Below are positions 12,300-26,789 of a stretch of 64,000 bases of DNA, one piece after another (position 1 is the first letter of the stretch; the number at the start of each line of letters is the position of its first letter). The position numbers were made by a program, and so were the translations under genes. The stretch lies in assembly GCA_951406725.2 (NCBI GenBank), contig OX597823.1:28272001-28336000 (forward strand). The letters run 5' to 3'. The notes under the pieces are model-generated. The model made no database searches, was not told the DNA's origin, and saw only the letters and a list, made by a program, of their open reading frames with translations. The stretch is from Octopus vulgaris (taxonomy: Eukaryota).

Positions 12300-13310
12300 C
12301 TGTCGCAAATAAGTCCACTAAAAACTGCAAACGAAGGGCTTCAAAGAAACAACCACACTGCATCGTCGGTTGCCCGAATTAACAAGGGACACGTTCGGCC
12401 TTTAGGTAGAAGGGTCCGTTCGACAAATATATTGTTTTCTTCAGCAATATGCCTACAACTTGTTCCGGAAGGCGTGGGGTGGAATGACGAAGGGAGCGTG
12501 TCCCGAGATCCCTAAGTGGGTGCAGGGGAGGACAACCGTTAATGATTGGAATGTCAAGAATTTTACAAGTACAGAGCAAGAACTAGTGGAAGAGGCCAAA
12601 CGCTACCGGCTAGATATAGTTGGTGTTTCGTCTTGGAGGTCCTCTGGCTTTGATACCGAAGATTTGGATGGAGGGTGAACTCCACTATTCAGGTGTGATA
12701 CCACTGATGTTCGCAGAGGCCGGAATCGGGATACTCACAAGGCCCCGGATGTCAGATTATGTTAAGGACTGAATCTTACTAGGTGGGAGAATTTGCTTCT
12801 TGAAGCTTACACGTAAAGAAAGCCCAATGTGGCTGTTCCATTCAAAAAAGCCAAACTAGCTATCTTCAATTTAGTTTTTGTGCCTATTCTCACCAATGGC
12901 CATGAATTCTGGGTAATAACCGAGAGAGTAGGATCGCGAATGCAAGCCGCGGAAATGGGTTTTCTCCGAGTAACGTTAGTCGATAGTGTGTGCATCTCGG
13001 AGAAGAAAAAGTCTCTCACGATCGATCCACTACTTCTCAGCATAGAGAGGTCAACAGCTCTGCTACTACAGACATGTGATTACCATATTACAGAAAATGA
13101 ATGGAAGATAGATTCTCCAAGTTGAGCCAACAGACAAGAAACCTACGGGCAAAACTGCAGGATTACGTCTGAGAGTCTGTAGTCTCACTTGGAAATCCAG
13201 CCGGAAAACATAATAGTCGCCGCTTCTATTAGGACCCTTTGAAAGAGGTGCCTGAGAAGATTACACCCACCATCCTACAATGTATAGTTGGCGGAGAAGG
13301 TGAACAAGAC
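12300..13310 (+). mobile_element. RTE-clade LINE (Rex3/Expander-like), internally deleted
   Basis: APE N-terminus WNV...ELVEEAKRYRLDIVGVSS...LDGG joined at about 12840 to the post-RT C-terminus KAKLAIFNLVFVPILTNGHEFWVITERVGSRMQAAEMGFLR. Confidence 0.85.
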
Positions 13311-14159
13311 GGAACCAATTAGGGACATGTCGTTCAGTGATCATTATATGGAGGCTTCAATAAGGCAACATATGTTCCAGCACTAACAGGTTACCTCACC
13401 TCCATTTTCTTCCATATGTGCCTTACGCATTGGTTCGTTGGACTTGATTTAAATATTATCCATTTAACCATTCGCCAGTTAAATTAAACAAAGGAAAAAA
13501 TAGTTGCGTAATTCATTAAAGCGAAGAAGCTGGCGAAGGCTTAGATCAGTAACAATTAAATCATAGGAAAAGTCATTGTCAAGAACCATAAATTTAATTA
13601 CTGATCGGAGAGAACAAGTTAACGTTTCCGACTCTTGTCCTTTGTCAGAAAGTAAGGAAAGAGATAAAGCTGTGATATCATGTTGGTTTTAGACAAATAA
13701 ATGATAGCAACTCAAACAACGACACTATTTCCTTCTGCATCCTCAGTCTTCTTACAATAGATGGACTCTATATGAAGCATTATTCATTTCAGAAACATTG
13801 TTTGTTGACCGACAGAGACGTAGACTTCAATAAATATTACAAACACACTTTATTCTACTGTCCCTAAAAGTACGGAGTAGTGGTTAAAAGCAGGAAAATA
13901 CGACGCACAAGTCTCTCAAAGTCTTCCCTTTGATAAAGATTCCAGGAAATGATGAAAGACATAAAGATGTTCTCCGGAAAATCAGTATAAATGGTGGATA
14001 AATGGTGTTTAAATAGTATTTGTTTACGAGAATTTCACCAATTTATATAATTAATAGAATCTAAAACTCAAAGCCTGCTATTTGCAATTAATATTGAGAA
14101 CTTTCGAAAATTTGCTTGGATAATAAAGTAATTCATTTTGTAAATTATTTTACATTTCA

Positions 14160-14516
14160 CTCCGTCGGTTACGACGACGAGATTTCCAGATCATCTGATC
14201 ATTGGAAGAGCCTGCTTGTGAAATTAACGTGCAAGTGGTTGAGAACTCCACAGACACGTGTACCCTTAACGTAGTTCTAGAGGAGATTCAGCGTGACGCA
14301 GAGTGTGACAGGGCTGGCCCTTGGAAATACAGGTACAATAGAAACAGGAAGAAAGAGTGAGAGTAAATTGTTGTTAAAGAGCACAGCAGAATTCGCAACC
14401 GCCTCCTGCCGGAGACTTGTGAACCTTTACGTGCTTTCGCCCAATAAAACTCACAAAACCGTGATCCTACGACCGCGTGTCCGCTGCCCTAACCACTGAG
14501 CCATTGCAGCTCCACT
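14160..14516 (-). mobile_element. SINE family C
   Basis: Reverse complement of 3096-3478. Confidence 0.85.
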
Positions 14517-14640
14517 GTAGTTCATATATATTTATATTGTTACATGCTATAAATGAGTATATTTATGCGTGTGTATATACATACATACATACATACAAAC
14601 ATATATACATACATACATAGATACATACGTACAAACAAGC

Positions 14641-14689
<49 letters not shown>

Positions 14690-15032
14690 CTAGTATATAT
14701 ATACATAAATAACAATGCATATATGTATACACACACTGATACTCCCCCCACATACATATAAACATATAGGTCAAGTTTGGAGAATTCTTGCCTCTTGAAA
14801 TTATCTCCCTTACTCAAAAGGAGCTTTTAGCAACTACAATTTAGTAATAGTGATGCCCTCAAGAGGCAGAAATAACTTCAATGAATCAGGATTTGGTGTG
14901 GTATCTTATTTAACACACTGGTATTTTTCTGTGTTGTTTACATACATACCTGTCGCCACTCTGAATCATTTCTCTTAGTTTATTTTGATTAAGTTATGAA
15001 AATTATATCAGTCATAAATGTGTTCTGCTTAA

Positions 15033-15063
<31 letters not shown>

Positions 15064-15065
<2 letters not shown>

Positions 15066-15479
15066 CGTAGGAGTGGCTGTGTGGTAAGTAGCTTGCTAAC
15101 CAACCACATGGTTCCGGGTTCAGTCCCACTGCGTGGCATCTTGGGCAAGTGTCTTCTGCTATAGCCCCGGGCCGACCAATGCCTTGTGAGTGGATTTGGT
15201 AGACGGAAACTGAAAGAAGCCTGTCGTATATATGTATATATATATAAGTGTGTGTGTTTATGTTTGTGTGTCTGTGTTTGTCCCCCTAGCATTGCTTGAC
15301 AACCGATGCTGGTGTGTTTACGTCCCCGTCACTTAGCGGTTCGGCAAAAGAGACCGATAGAATAAGTACTGGGTTTACAAAGAATAAGTCCCGGGGTCAA
15401 TTTGCTCGACTAAAAGGTGGTGCTCCAGCATGGCCGCAGTCAAATGACTGAAACAAGTAAAAGAGTAAACGACTAAAGA

Positions 15480-15480
<1 letters not shown>
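15064..15480 (+). mobile_element. SINE family A, full length, within (TA)n
   Basis: Near-identical to the copy at 10290. Confidence 0.95.
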
Positions 15481-15529
<49 letters not shown>

Positions 15530-15939
15530 AACTTATAAACAAAGGCAAAAGGAAAAGATTCTAATGCCAAATATGCTGAAAATAGACAAAATGTCAATAA
15601 CCATATAATTTATCAATATAAACACACGTTTCGAAGCAAGCCGCGGGAAATTTATAAAAAATTCTGTTATTATAGTATCGGTCCCAATTTCAGAGTTAAT
15701 TCATAAGAATTTTCTCCTCGTCAGCGATAAATACGTAAGACATAAATGAAATACTTACACATAACCATGGAAGAAGCAAGCACTAAGACATGAGCAGACC
15801 TAAGTACCCCAAATATATCCAAAATAGATATTTTCCAGCACGTCTCGAGAAACGTGTGATTCGAACTTAAAGCTCTAACAGAGTGAGAGAGTCCGGAAGT
15901 GAACACTATTAAATTTAATAGTAAATTTAATAGATGTAA

Positions 15940-15971
<32 letters not shown>

Positions 15972-15974
15972 AGA

Positions 15975-16170
15975 TATAGAAAGAGCGTATCTTGTTGTTA
16001 AATGCTCGAAATACGAGAAAAAGAGCCACCAACTGATGAAGGGTCGTTCTTTATGTTGTTTCTTTTGTTTTCCATTTAGGTCTTTCGTTTTTCGAAAGAA
16101 TAGTTCATGTTCCATGCACTCGCGCTCGTATTATTTGTTCTACGCGATTTATGAGGTCCTGTGCCCACAT
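15975..16170 (+). mobile_element. Half copy of the atgggtacaggac fold-back family
   Basis: gctcgaaa...caactgatgaagggtc core and gtcctgtgcccacat terminus. Confidence 0.55.
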
Positions 16171-16325
16171 ATGCTTATATATATATATATATGTATAGAT
16201 GTATGTACATATACATATGTATATATACCTCCATCATATATATATACATTATTTATATTATATTATATTATATTATATATATGTATGTATATATGTATAT
16301 GAATATATATATATATGTATATATA

Positions 16326-16720
16326 TCGTGGCTCCAGTAAATAGGTTACGGCAATTATCGTGCCGATGAGGCAGAATTACGCGTCCAGTATTGCTTCCTT
16401 ATCCATAGAGAATAAGGCATTCCTTTTCATGAACGGCATGCCAGCTTGGGAGAAATTCTTGATTTTTGAGATTATCTGCCTTCTTAATATAGAATTGTTC
16501 TCAATTGCCAATTAGTGATTGCAACACATTATCGGAAGGCAAACTTTTACTAACTCAAAAATTAGGTATGCGCTTGATACAATTATTCTGAGCTGCTTAA
16601 CTATTTTCTGTAACCGTCATATATATCATTTGTGCAACTGTAGCTATTCTATATTATTGTTGCCCATTCATCGAGCATATTATAGTATTACGCCTTAGGG
16701 TAGGCGACCTGATTATTTTG
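16326..16720 (-). mobile_element. Possible Penelope-like element GIY-YIG C-terminal remnant
   Basis: Broken minus-strand translation WQLR...QIISKIKNFSQAG...MDKEAIL...PHRH loosely resembles PLE endonuclease ends; next to a TA tract. Confidence 0.3.
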
Positions 16721-16892
16721 TGTCGTGTGTATTATAAATACGTTCTCATATGTACATCAATATTATATCTATGTATATACCTACGTACGTATGCATGTAT
16801 GTATCTATCTATCTATATTTATGTGTGTGTATGCATATATACACGGACAGATACATATATACATGTATATATTCATACTTTTATATGAACAA

Positions 16893-16931
<39 letters not shown>

Positions 16932-17294
16932 CACATATATACAACGGGATTATTTCAGTTTCCATCTGTCATATCCACTCACAGGACTGAACCGGGAACC
17001 ATGTGGTTGGGAAGTAAGTTACCACACAACCCCTCCTGCCCTTATATATATATATATATATATATATTACGGAGATGTACTCGCATAGCAAGTAATTTGA
17101 TCTGAGATCGTGTGCTGAAACGAAAACAATTGCAGCGTGGAAGGTGTTTATAAGCCATTTAAGAAACACACAAAAGCCGTTCGATTCACTTCAACATTTA
17201 AGTTTAATTTGTCAAAATATTTTCGTCGCTAAAATCCGCGACCTGTTCACTGACAAAGTCCGTGCTGCATCTCTTCTGTAAGAGCATATATATA

Positions 17295-17636
17295 TATATG
17301 CTGAGATCTCTTCGGTCACGAATGACCACGGGATTGCATCTAGAAAGTTACCGTCCGAGGCACAAGTCCGAGCAAGTTTGTTTATGGAAGACCAGCAATC
17401 ACCCATGCATACCAGCCTCCGCTCTCCACACCACCGATGTTATCCAAGGGAAAAGCAAAGGCCGATACAGCTTGGCACCTGTAACGTCGCAATTCATTTC
17501 TACAGCTGAGTGAACTAGAGCAATGTGAAATAAAGTGTCTCGCTCAAGAACACAACACGCTGCCCAGTCCGGGATTCTAACTCAGAAACTCAAGGTTGTA
17601 CGTTCGACCCTCTAACCACTGAGCCATGCACCTCCA
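17295..17636 (-). mobile_element. SINE family D (tRNA head + CORE-like domain, distinct tail)
   Basis: Minus strand ggaggtgcatggctcagtggttag...gtgttcttgagcgagacacttt; degraded relatives near 7383(+), 20500(-), 25055(-) and 41660(-). Confidence 0.8.
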
Positions 17637-18174
17637 ATTATATATATATGCAAAGAAAGAATAGAGGTATAAATGAATGCAAGAAAGAATAAGATCAGTA
17701 CTTATTACTCTACGACATATTTCCTTGATGATATTCTATCTTTTCCATTTATTTCTTATCCAGAATCAAAGCAAGTAAAGAGAAGAATATAATGATAATG
17801 CAAGCCTTCATATATTGCCCGCCATTATATTATTTATATTTTCTAGTTTTTAGTGTGTGTGTTTTTTTTTACTTAGAATTCAACGTTAATATGTCGGAAT
17901 AATTTGATATTTTAATTGCCAGATTTACTGAGGATTATCATGCCAATTTTCTGTAATCTTTATACTATAACAGAGCAGATATAATATTTGGAAATAAAAA
18001 GTAAGCCACGCACACGCATATTTACACACATGAGCACACATGTATGCATACATAATACAGACACACACATTCTCATACATACATAATGCATACGTACATA
18101 TATACATACATACATACATATATACATACATATGTGTGTCTGTGTTTGTATATCAAAATGTATATGTATAAATG

Positions 18175-18215
<41 letters not shown>

Positions 18216-18380
18216 TCTCATATATATATATGTATGTATGTATGAATGTATGTATGTATGTATGTATGTATGTATGTATGTATGTATGTATGTATGTATG
18301 TATGTATGTATGTATGTATGTATGTATGTATATATGTATGTATGCATGCATGCCTGTAGGTATGTATGTATGCATGTATG
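18175..18380. repeat. (TA)n/(TATG)n microsatellite
   Basis: Directly visible. Confidence 0.95.
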
Positions 18381-18894
18381 TGCCACGAGGAAATGTAATC
18401 AGATTATAAATTGCGCATATACCCGTGACTTCGTTTTCGAATGTTTCTTTTTTCGTCTGAATGTATTCGTAATTATTAATAAGGCAATTCCTTCTTAAGA
18501 GTCTTACAGAAGAATATCTTACGGGAAATAACACACAGAGCTGAAAAGAAAATTTTGTTCCGTTCGGTTTAATTAACTGAATCAATATAAACTTTAAATC
18601 GTCATCTACGTATCATACTAAATATATATACACCACTGAAAAGCCTGGTGCTACGGAATTGTCTAAGGTAATATTTTAAATTCTCTTTATAGATTTCTGT
18701 TAAAAAAAACATATTGCTACAACGCCACACGAAACGGACAAACGCATTTTGCCTTTCTTGAGTTTGGTTAAAGTCATTTTCTCGATTTATTATGATACAT
18801 AAATGGTGATTTGTTTTAGATAATGATATATTGAATACCATAATCTAAGCTGTATTTGAATTATTTGGATTTGGATTATGTGAATTTTTTGGAC

Positions 18895-19053
18895 AGGTAT
18901 GGCTTGGTGCATGTTAGGCTATGTGGTAAAAATTTTGCTTCCCAACCATGCGATTTCGGGTTCATCACAGCTGCGTGGTACCTTTGGCAAATGTCTTGTA
19001 CTATAGTTTCGAGCCGGCCTGAACCTTGTGAGAGGATTTGGTAGACAGGAACT
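18895..19053 (+). mobile_element. SINE family A, degraded 5' part
   Basis: ggctatgtggtaa...ttgtgagaggatttggtagac; similar fragments near 20255(+), 32000(+), 50930(+) and 16880(-). Confidence 0.75.
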
Positions 19054-21864
19054 AAAATATATTGTTTAATGAACACAGCATATATTTTTATGAGCTACTA
19101 ATGGTTTCATGCAATTAAAACGACACAGAGAGCGTTTTATAACACGTCTGGTGCCTTCAGGTTGTGCTCAGATGACATATGCAAGCAAGAACGGAGTGAT
19201 AGAATAAGAAATAACACGAGAAAAGTTGGGAAGGTAGATGTAGCAGGTGGAAGGGTGAGAACACCGGTATATAAAAGTCAAAAAGAAAAAATTAAAAAAG
19301 AGGGACAAAATTAGATTTAGCTACCCTTTGAAAATAAAGCCAAAATAACGCTGACCGGGTGGGGATCTAGACTCTGGGGTGAAGTCGCTAAATCCGACGA
19401 GGGTAGTATTTTCCGATTACCAAAAATTCAGATCTGGAATTAAGTAGTGCGGTGGTGTTCTTAAATCTGTATTTTACCTATGGCTCAGATGTTTGAACTA
19501 TTTTCCAATTGATTGTATGTGGTTTGGTGTTAGTTTTCGAACCCTTACGTGGCTAGCTCCGTATGTGGATTGAATAAGTGCCTGGCTTTAACAAAAATAA
19601 ATACTAGAACCGATTCGTTACACCACTGCTCCTAAAGACCTCCTTCCTAATCACTGAAGGTTGTCCTTGCCGCCATTTATAGCTAAACAGGCTTGACTAT
19701 TATTGAAATATATATTATATGATGCTAGTAAGGTGTTGCAAACTGCCAATCCCTTTGTTTTCATGCCACCAGCTGCAGCTTTTACATCGAATCCGTCCAT
19801 TAAATCTAAAAAAAGGGAAAAAATGAAAAAAAAAAACTGTTTTAACCAAATCATTCCAAGATATTTCAATATTATTGCGATATGACATACTTGAAAATTT
19901 CCAATAAGCACGAATTGCAAGTTTTTGAATATGTTTTTTATTTCAATATTTCATTTATTGTTTCCCTTTGTCTTATTCTTTTAATCATTTTAATGTTGAA
20001 ATTCACGTATTTGTTTCACCATTACAGAACAATTACAATCTCATTAACGTTACAATTTTTTTTGATAGTTTTTGTTGCTTATAATTTCACATAATTTTAA
20101 TTTCCTGCTAATTTCTTTCTTTTGCCTAGCAACCCCTTCCTTAACCTTCTTTAGTCCATAGTAAATGAAGAAAACAATTATTCAACATTCCCTGCAAACC
20201 ACACACACACACACACACACATACACACACACACACTTATTTAAATGTCTTGATAGCGGTGCAGACGTGACTGTGTCAATAAGTATACTTTCTACTGCGT
20301 GGTTTCGTTTCCCATCCTACCGTGCAACATCCTAGGGCGTGTATTCTATCACAGGCTCAGACAGAATAAAGCCTTGGTGTGGAAATTGGTAGAGTCAGTA
20401 GAATACAGGGCAATATGCCTTGCGGTAATTGTTTCTGGTCGTTATATTCTGACCTCAAATCCTTTTGTCATTATCCTCAATCCCTGGACATTACATTCTC
20501 GAGTCCCACAACTCATAGAACTGGTTATTCGGCTTCCATTTCTCATAAGTGATCGATATTCCTCCTGTACGGGAGGCTAATCCGTGGCAGGGTTACACAT
20601 TTACACTTGAGTGGACCGGAGCAATGTGAAATGAAGAGATGTGCCCAACAATACAATGCATCGCAAGGCTTGAAAATCGAAATCACGATCTTGCGATTGT
20701 GATTCTGAATGCGACATCCTAAACGAACCCAAGGGTCTATCGTCGTTCCGGAGTCGACAAAATGAAATGCTAGTCAAGTACTTGTGTCACCGACCCCAAC
20801 GATTTCCCTCCCACTAAAACCCTTTTCCTTAAACCTAAATTTTAAAACAAAATAACTACCTTTGTCATTAAATTCTTGACGCTGTCACTTGATCAATGTT
20901 TGGCTTTTAAATTGACAAATAAAAACCGGTGAAAATGTTTACTACTTCTGAAATCCTAATTAAATACAGAAGGCAAATTAAGGTAGTGATGCAATTATGA
21001 CTTCGAGATAGATCAATCAACGACTAAATATTGATTTGAGCATCAACAATACATTGATTATCGGTTATATAAGTATAAATTTATACACTTGATCTAAAGT
21101 AATAAATGATAGCTTTTACTTAAGATTCTCAGAGAAGGCTTTATAATTAATTTCATTGTGGTAAAGATTTCCGGAAAATCGTTTCAAAGTGATACATAAG
21201 AATCAGTTTGTTAAATCATTTGCGTTGTTGTTATTGTTGTTGTTATTGGATTTGATGCTGTTATTGCTGTTGTTATGGCTTTCCATTTCTCCATTAATGC
21301 TGTTGAAACAATAAATAATTAAACGGAATCATTAGTCAGAAATAATACGAGATTGATTTTTATAGCTAAGTTCAATGAACTTGCAAAGTATGGATTTTTA
21401 AAACTACACTTTACGAAGCAGAACAAAGTTTCTGTAATATTTGAGCTTTCTGCATAAATATTACATATTTTTAAAGATGGATGCTTTAGATTTTCGTATT
21501 CCTTCCGGTTGTTATCACGCAACGCTTACATTTAATGATTTCATTTTCATATCCACGGTTATCTAATTTATCAATATATATTTGTTTGAGAAATATTTTG
21601 CATGAGTACGTGTGACTAAAAGCGTTTGTATATGTGCGCGCTTGTCTGTGTGTATACGCATAAAATATGTATGGCTTCCAGCTTTTATTTTTCGAATTTC
21701 TCACCGGTCTGTCCCTAGCCTAAAAACAAGGCTCCTTTATTGGAATTAAGATTACATCAACTGAATGTATGCACGTGCGTAGGGACGTATGGATTTTTAT
21801 ATGTATGTGCACGTTTATGTATACTCACTCGCACATAACGATATATACACGTGTATATATACAC

Positions 21865-21937
<73 letters not shown>

Positions 21938-21954
21938 AACACACACACATGCAC

Positions 21955-22117
21955 ATGGCTTCTTTCGGTTTCCGTCTACTTAATCCACTCACAAGGCTTT
22001 GGTCGGCCCGAGACAATAGTAGAAGACAGTCGCTCAAGTTGCCCCGAAGAGTGGGACTGAACCCGAAGCCATGAGGCTGGGAAGCAAGTTTATTACCTCA
22101 CAGCCACGCCTGCGCCT
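21955..22117 (-). mobile_element. SINE family A, 5' half
   Basis: Reverse complement of the family A head. Confidence 0.85.
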
Positions 22118-22190
22118 ACTAACACAGCCACACACACACACACACATATGTATGTACATGTATATATATATACACACACACATACCCACT

Positions 22191-22337
<147 letters not shown>

Positions 22338-23770
22338 TATGAACAACATGCGGGTGTATTAGTTTGTCGCTCGGGAAAGTAAGAAAGTCTTTTACGTTTC
22401 GAGCCTACGCTCTTCAGCAGAAAGGATTAGTAGATAATATACAGCGGGAGAATAAAAAAAAAATTGTGGATTTAGCGATCAAGCATTTATACGTGCGGGT
22501 GTGTTCGTGCGTTCGTGTGTGTGTGTTTGTGTGTATGTGTATGTGTGTGTGTGTGTGTGTGCGTTGGATTTAGCCACGAAAAGGGATCATTGCATATGTG
22601 AATGTAATTACATGTGAAAAGTCTTACATGTTTTACATATTCTTGGAGAGTAACCATTATTGGCTTACAACAGAATTCTTTTGGTCAGATGTGCTACTCC
22701 TAGTTTCGTGGAGGACCCTGCTCCTCCAGGCTGGTGCTGATGTAGTCAGTCATATAATTAAGTGCTCTAACGTTAAGAGATTAAAATCTACCCCTATAGT
22801 TCGGAAGCACTAACCATACAATGCTCAACATTTTTGCATTATTGCGATTTCATTTAGTCCTACTTTTTAGTATTATATTAAATTATTCTGGACTACCTGT
22901 TGTGTTAATCGCTGGAGTAACACCTCTCTGGGATCGATCTCATCGACTTACCGTCTTTCCTAAAACTGCTGGTCTTGTACCAAAATTTGAAATCACTGGC
23001 ATAAATTTAAGACTCTTTGAGTTGGGTGTTCAAATCTCAACTCGTAGACTTTGCCATTCCGGCATTAGAATAATATTAAGTTAACCATACATGACCCTGA
23101 CAAGCGATTATGACTTAGCAGTATGTACCATGTTTATGTTCGTTGATTTGAATGCCTTTGTTTTCAGCAGTACACACATACACACACTCTCAATCCTCTA
23201 ACCCTTTCACAGAGGGAAATATGAAAATAAGGCATCCAGAAGGAGGGGTGGTGGCACCAATAACAGGCTGTTACTCATTCCGCGTACATTGCCTCACACG
23301 AGAGCAAAATAGCCTTTAAGTCTAGGAAACGGACCTATGAGCTTAAGATCGTGATTCCAGCATCCGAGCCACTGGTAGATTCAATCAACTGAATTCTCTT
23401 CCTAAAAGATTGAGGTATTATTAGGTTCTTGTTTGTGTGGCTGTGTTTTAAAAAAAATGGGCGTTTATATTCCTTATTAACAAGGGACACTTTTTCTGTC
23501 CGGCTATATGTCTGTCTGTCTTACAGTTTGTCAGTCTGTCTGCATCGTCTAAGAGACAACAGGAATAGAAGTCCAAGTTAAATAAATACTGAATTGAAAT
23601 TTTCATTTCTTTGCTTGTTTCATAAATAGTGGTCACTGGTCAGCCTCGGGGAGCAGGAATAACACTTTCTTTTCTGAATTACCGCACAGAGACATTGAAC
23701 TCAAAACCACATGGTAGCGAAACGGAGCTATACATGTATGCATATATGCATGTATGCATATATGCATGTA

Positions 23771-23830
<60 letters not shown>

Positions 23831-23831
<1 letters not shown>

Positions 23832-24034
23832 CATGTGACCTCGTGAGCACCGCCAGCAATTTTTTTCCCTCTGTCTTCCCTTCTTGGGATCTTTCCTTCT
23901 CCTTTGTTTCCGACGAAGAGCTCCGCTCGAAACGTTAGACCCTCCTTCTTCCCTTCTTTCCTGAGCGTCCAATAATACTTTATTTGTTCCACGTCCTCGC
24001 GTTGCTGTGTTTTTTTGTGTTTTCTTGTTTGGAT

Positions 24035-24040
<6 letters not shown>
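23831..24040 (+). mobile_element. Short TA-embedded Penelope-like derivative with hammerhead-like motif
   Basis: gttt-CCGACGAA-gagc-tcc-gctc-GAAACGTT-agac at 23906-23940; (TA)n on both sides. Confidence 0.6.
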
Positions 24041-24113
<73 letters not shown>

Positions 24114-25576
24114 GTATGTGTGTATGTATGTATGTATGTATGTATGTATGTATATGTATATGTAAGTTTTAAAAAACACGCTCATATATGATATCATTTA
24201 AATGATCCAAAGAGGATAATGAACTTATCCTCTATTAAATTGTAAATATGTAATGTGATTGTTGAAGTTTTAAATTTTTCTATTTCTCTTATGGTCGCTA
24301 TGTGAGTGAGAGTGAGCGCATGCATAAAAGCGCGCATGCATGTGGGTAGGACTGGCGTTGGTGAATGCATTCCATTGTTAACTTTAATTATTTCTTCTCT
24401 TTCTATTTTGTTTTCTGCGATATTCTTTCTGTTATATCAACTTTCTCTGCACGAAGACTACGCAATAGAATAGATCGTGTGACATTTGCTTTAAGCACTT
24501 AAACACAATTCAATTAGTATAACAGCAGGAGGCAGTGAAATGTAACAAATTACACATCCATTTTCTTCAATAGTTCTTATTCAAAAACAATGAAATCAAC
24601 TGACTTAACTTCATTCCCATAGCAAGCGTGTTTACATACGTTTAGAAATGGCGTTCATTTTTGTTGTTTGCCAGTTATGTATTTTCGTTCGTTTTTATAT
24701 TTTGTTGAATTGCGGATTTGCATTTTGATATAATTAATAAATATTATAGTATAATTACCACACACGGCTAACATTGTTAAAATTGTGAAGTCTATTTTTG
24801 ATACATCCTCTTCGGTTTTATATAATATGATACTGTGTTGTGTCATATTTATAATAAAATAAATATTAGAGCTTATTGCTTGGTTTAACTGACGTCAATG
24901 TATGATGCTAATATAACGGTTGTTGTTGTTCCTGTTTAACCCCAGGCTAAGCCTGGTTTTACAAACCCGTGATCACAGGTATCCCAACCACGATCTTCAA
25001 ATCCTCTCGTGCGTTAGGTAACTAAGGCTTCATTAATGAATCGACATGGTCAACTGCTGGACATTACTGACTCGAGCCATAGGGAACATAGCACCAGTTG
25101 CCCCGTTTTTGTGGGCAAATAAACGACCAAGATGGTGACATTTTCCCTTGAACAAGACTTAAGTCCATCGCAAGGTTCGTCATTTGTGGCTCAGCGGACA
25201 AAAGCAATTTGAAATGAAGTGCTTTGCTCAAGAACACAATGCATTTCTCGGTTCAAGAATCGAAATCATGATGATAAGATCGTGAATGCAACTTCCTAAC
25301 CACTGGTCCACACCCAATAGTGATGTGCCTTCATTTTCAGTTAGACAAATTTGTAGATTTGGTAACTATTTCTACCATGTTATGCAACCACGCACCCACT
25401 CTCACACACACGCGCACACATATGGATTACTGGTCACTCGCTGATAAATTTGCTTCCTGCATATTGTTGCTGTTGTTGTTCATGTCGTTGTCGCCGTCGT
25501 CGTCGTCGTCGTCGTCGTTGTTGTTGTTGTTGTTGTTGTTGTTCTTCTTCTTCTTCTTCTTCTTCTTCTTCTTCTA

Positions 25577-25729
25577 TTTCCGCCGAGGTCGACTTTGCCT
25601 GTCATCTCTTCGGGGTCGATAAAAAATGAAGCACTAGGGAAATGAAGTTCCAGTGAAAGACTGAGGTCCATGGAATCGACCGGTCCCCTCTCCACAAAAT
25701 TCAGTCCTTTTGCCTTTAGTAGAAAAGAT

Positions 25730-25791
<62 letters not shown>

Positions 25792-26270
25792 TTGAGGCGG
25801 CGTGTAGTATTGAGCACGCCGGGCAAAGTGCTTAGCGACATTTCGTCCGTCTTTACGATCTGAGTTAAAAAATCCGTCGAGTTCGACTTAGCTGTCGTTA
25901 AAATAAGTACCATTTGAGCCCTGGTGTTAGTGTAATCGACTTATACCTTCCTCACAAATTGCTGGCCTTGTGCGAAAATGATTACAGTTGCAGCTTTTAT
26001 TTCTGCTATTATTTTGAAACTTATGAAATGTTGAGATATATAAGCGTTGAGATATACTAGAGATGGCAGAATCGTTAGCACGCCGGGCGAAATGCTTAGC
26101 GATATTTCGCCCGTCGTTACGTTCAGAGTTCAAATTCCTCCGATATCGACTTTACCTTTCATCCTTTCGGAGTCGATAAATTAAGTAACAGTTAAGCACT
26201 GGGATCGATGTAATCGACTAGGCCCCTCTTCATAAATTTCAGGCCTTGTGTCTATAATAGAAAGGATAAT
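25577..26270 (+). mobile_element. Cluster of three SINE family B copies (about 25577-25730, 25794-25985, 26059-26270)
   Basis: Repeated family B head/body; (TAG)n between the first two. Confidence 0.85.
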
Positions 26271-26789
26271 TTTGAAACTATTGCTGTTGGCGGTACTGTA
26301 ATTGTTAAGACTGTGTTTACTCTTCTTGTGCTTGATGCTGTTACTATTGAATTTGATATTGTTGTTTATTGTAGCAGTTAGTCTTATTATTATAACTATT
26401 GTTGGTGTGGCTACTAAAGTTGCAATTTTTGCCTTCGTTACTCTTCTTACGTCATAAAGAAAACGCTGCAGAACAAAATATACTCTCGTTGCAAAGTAAT
26501 GTAACGATGCTGTTTTACGCATTACTATATGAAACTCACCGCACCATTTGCATATCTTCTGTTCATTAGATAGGCTCACACTTCAAAATATCCTACACCA
26601 GCTCCTGTTAACATTAAATATTATTTTTACTAATAATATCAATTTTTCAGTACAAATTAATTTTCTTGTGTGATGTGATTTGGTTGTAGGAATGTGAAAT
26701 TTATGCAAAAGAAAAAATGATGAATTGTATAATGTATGCAAGATTTTCTGTTGTTAGATATGGCTCAAAATACGATATTGTTTTATAAT

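Noticed and set aside
19100-19440. Two further degenerate hammerhead-like strings
   Set aside because: Too many core mismatches to count
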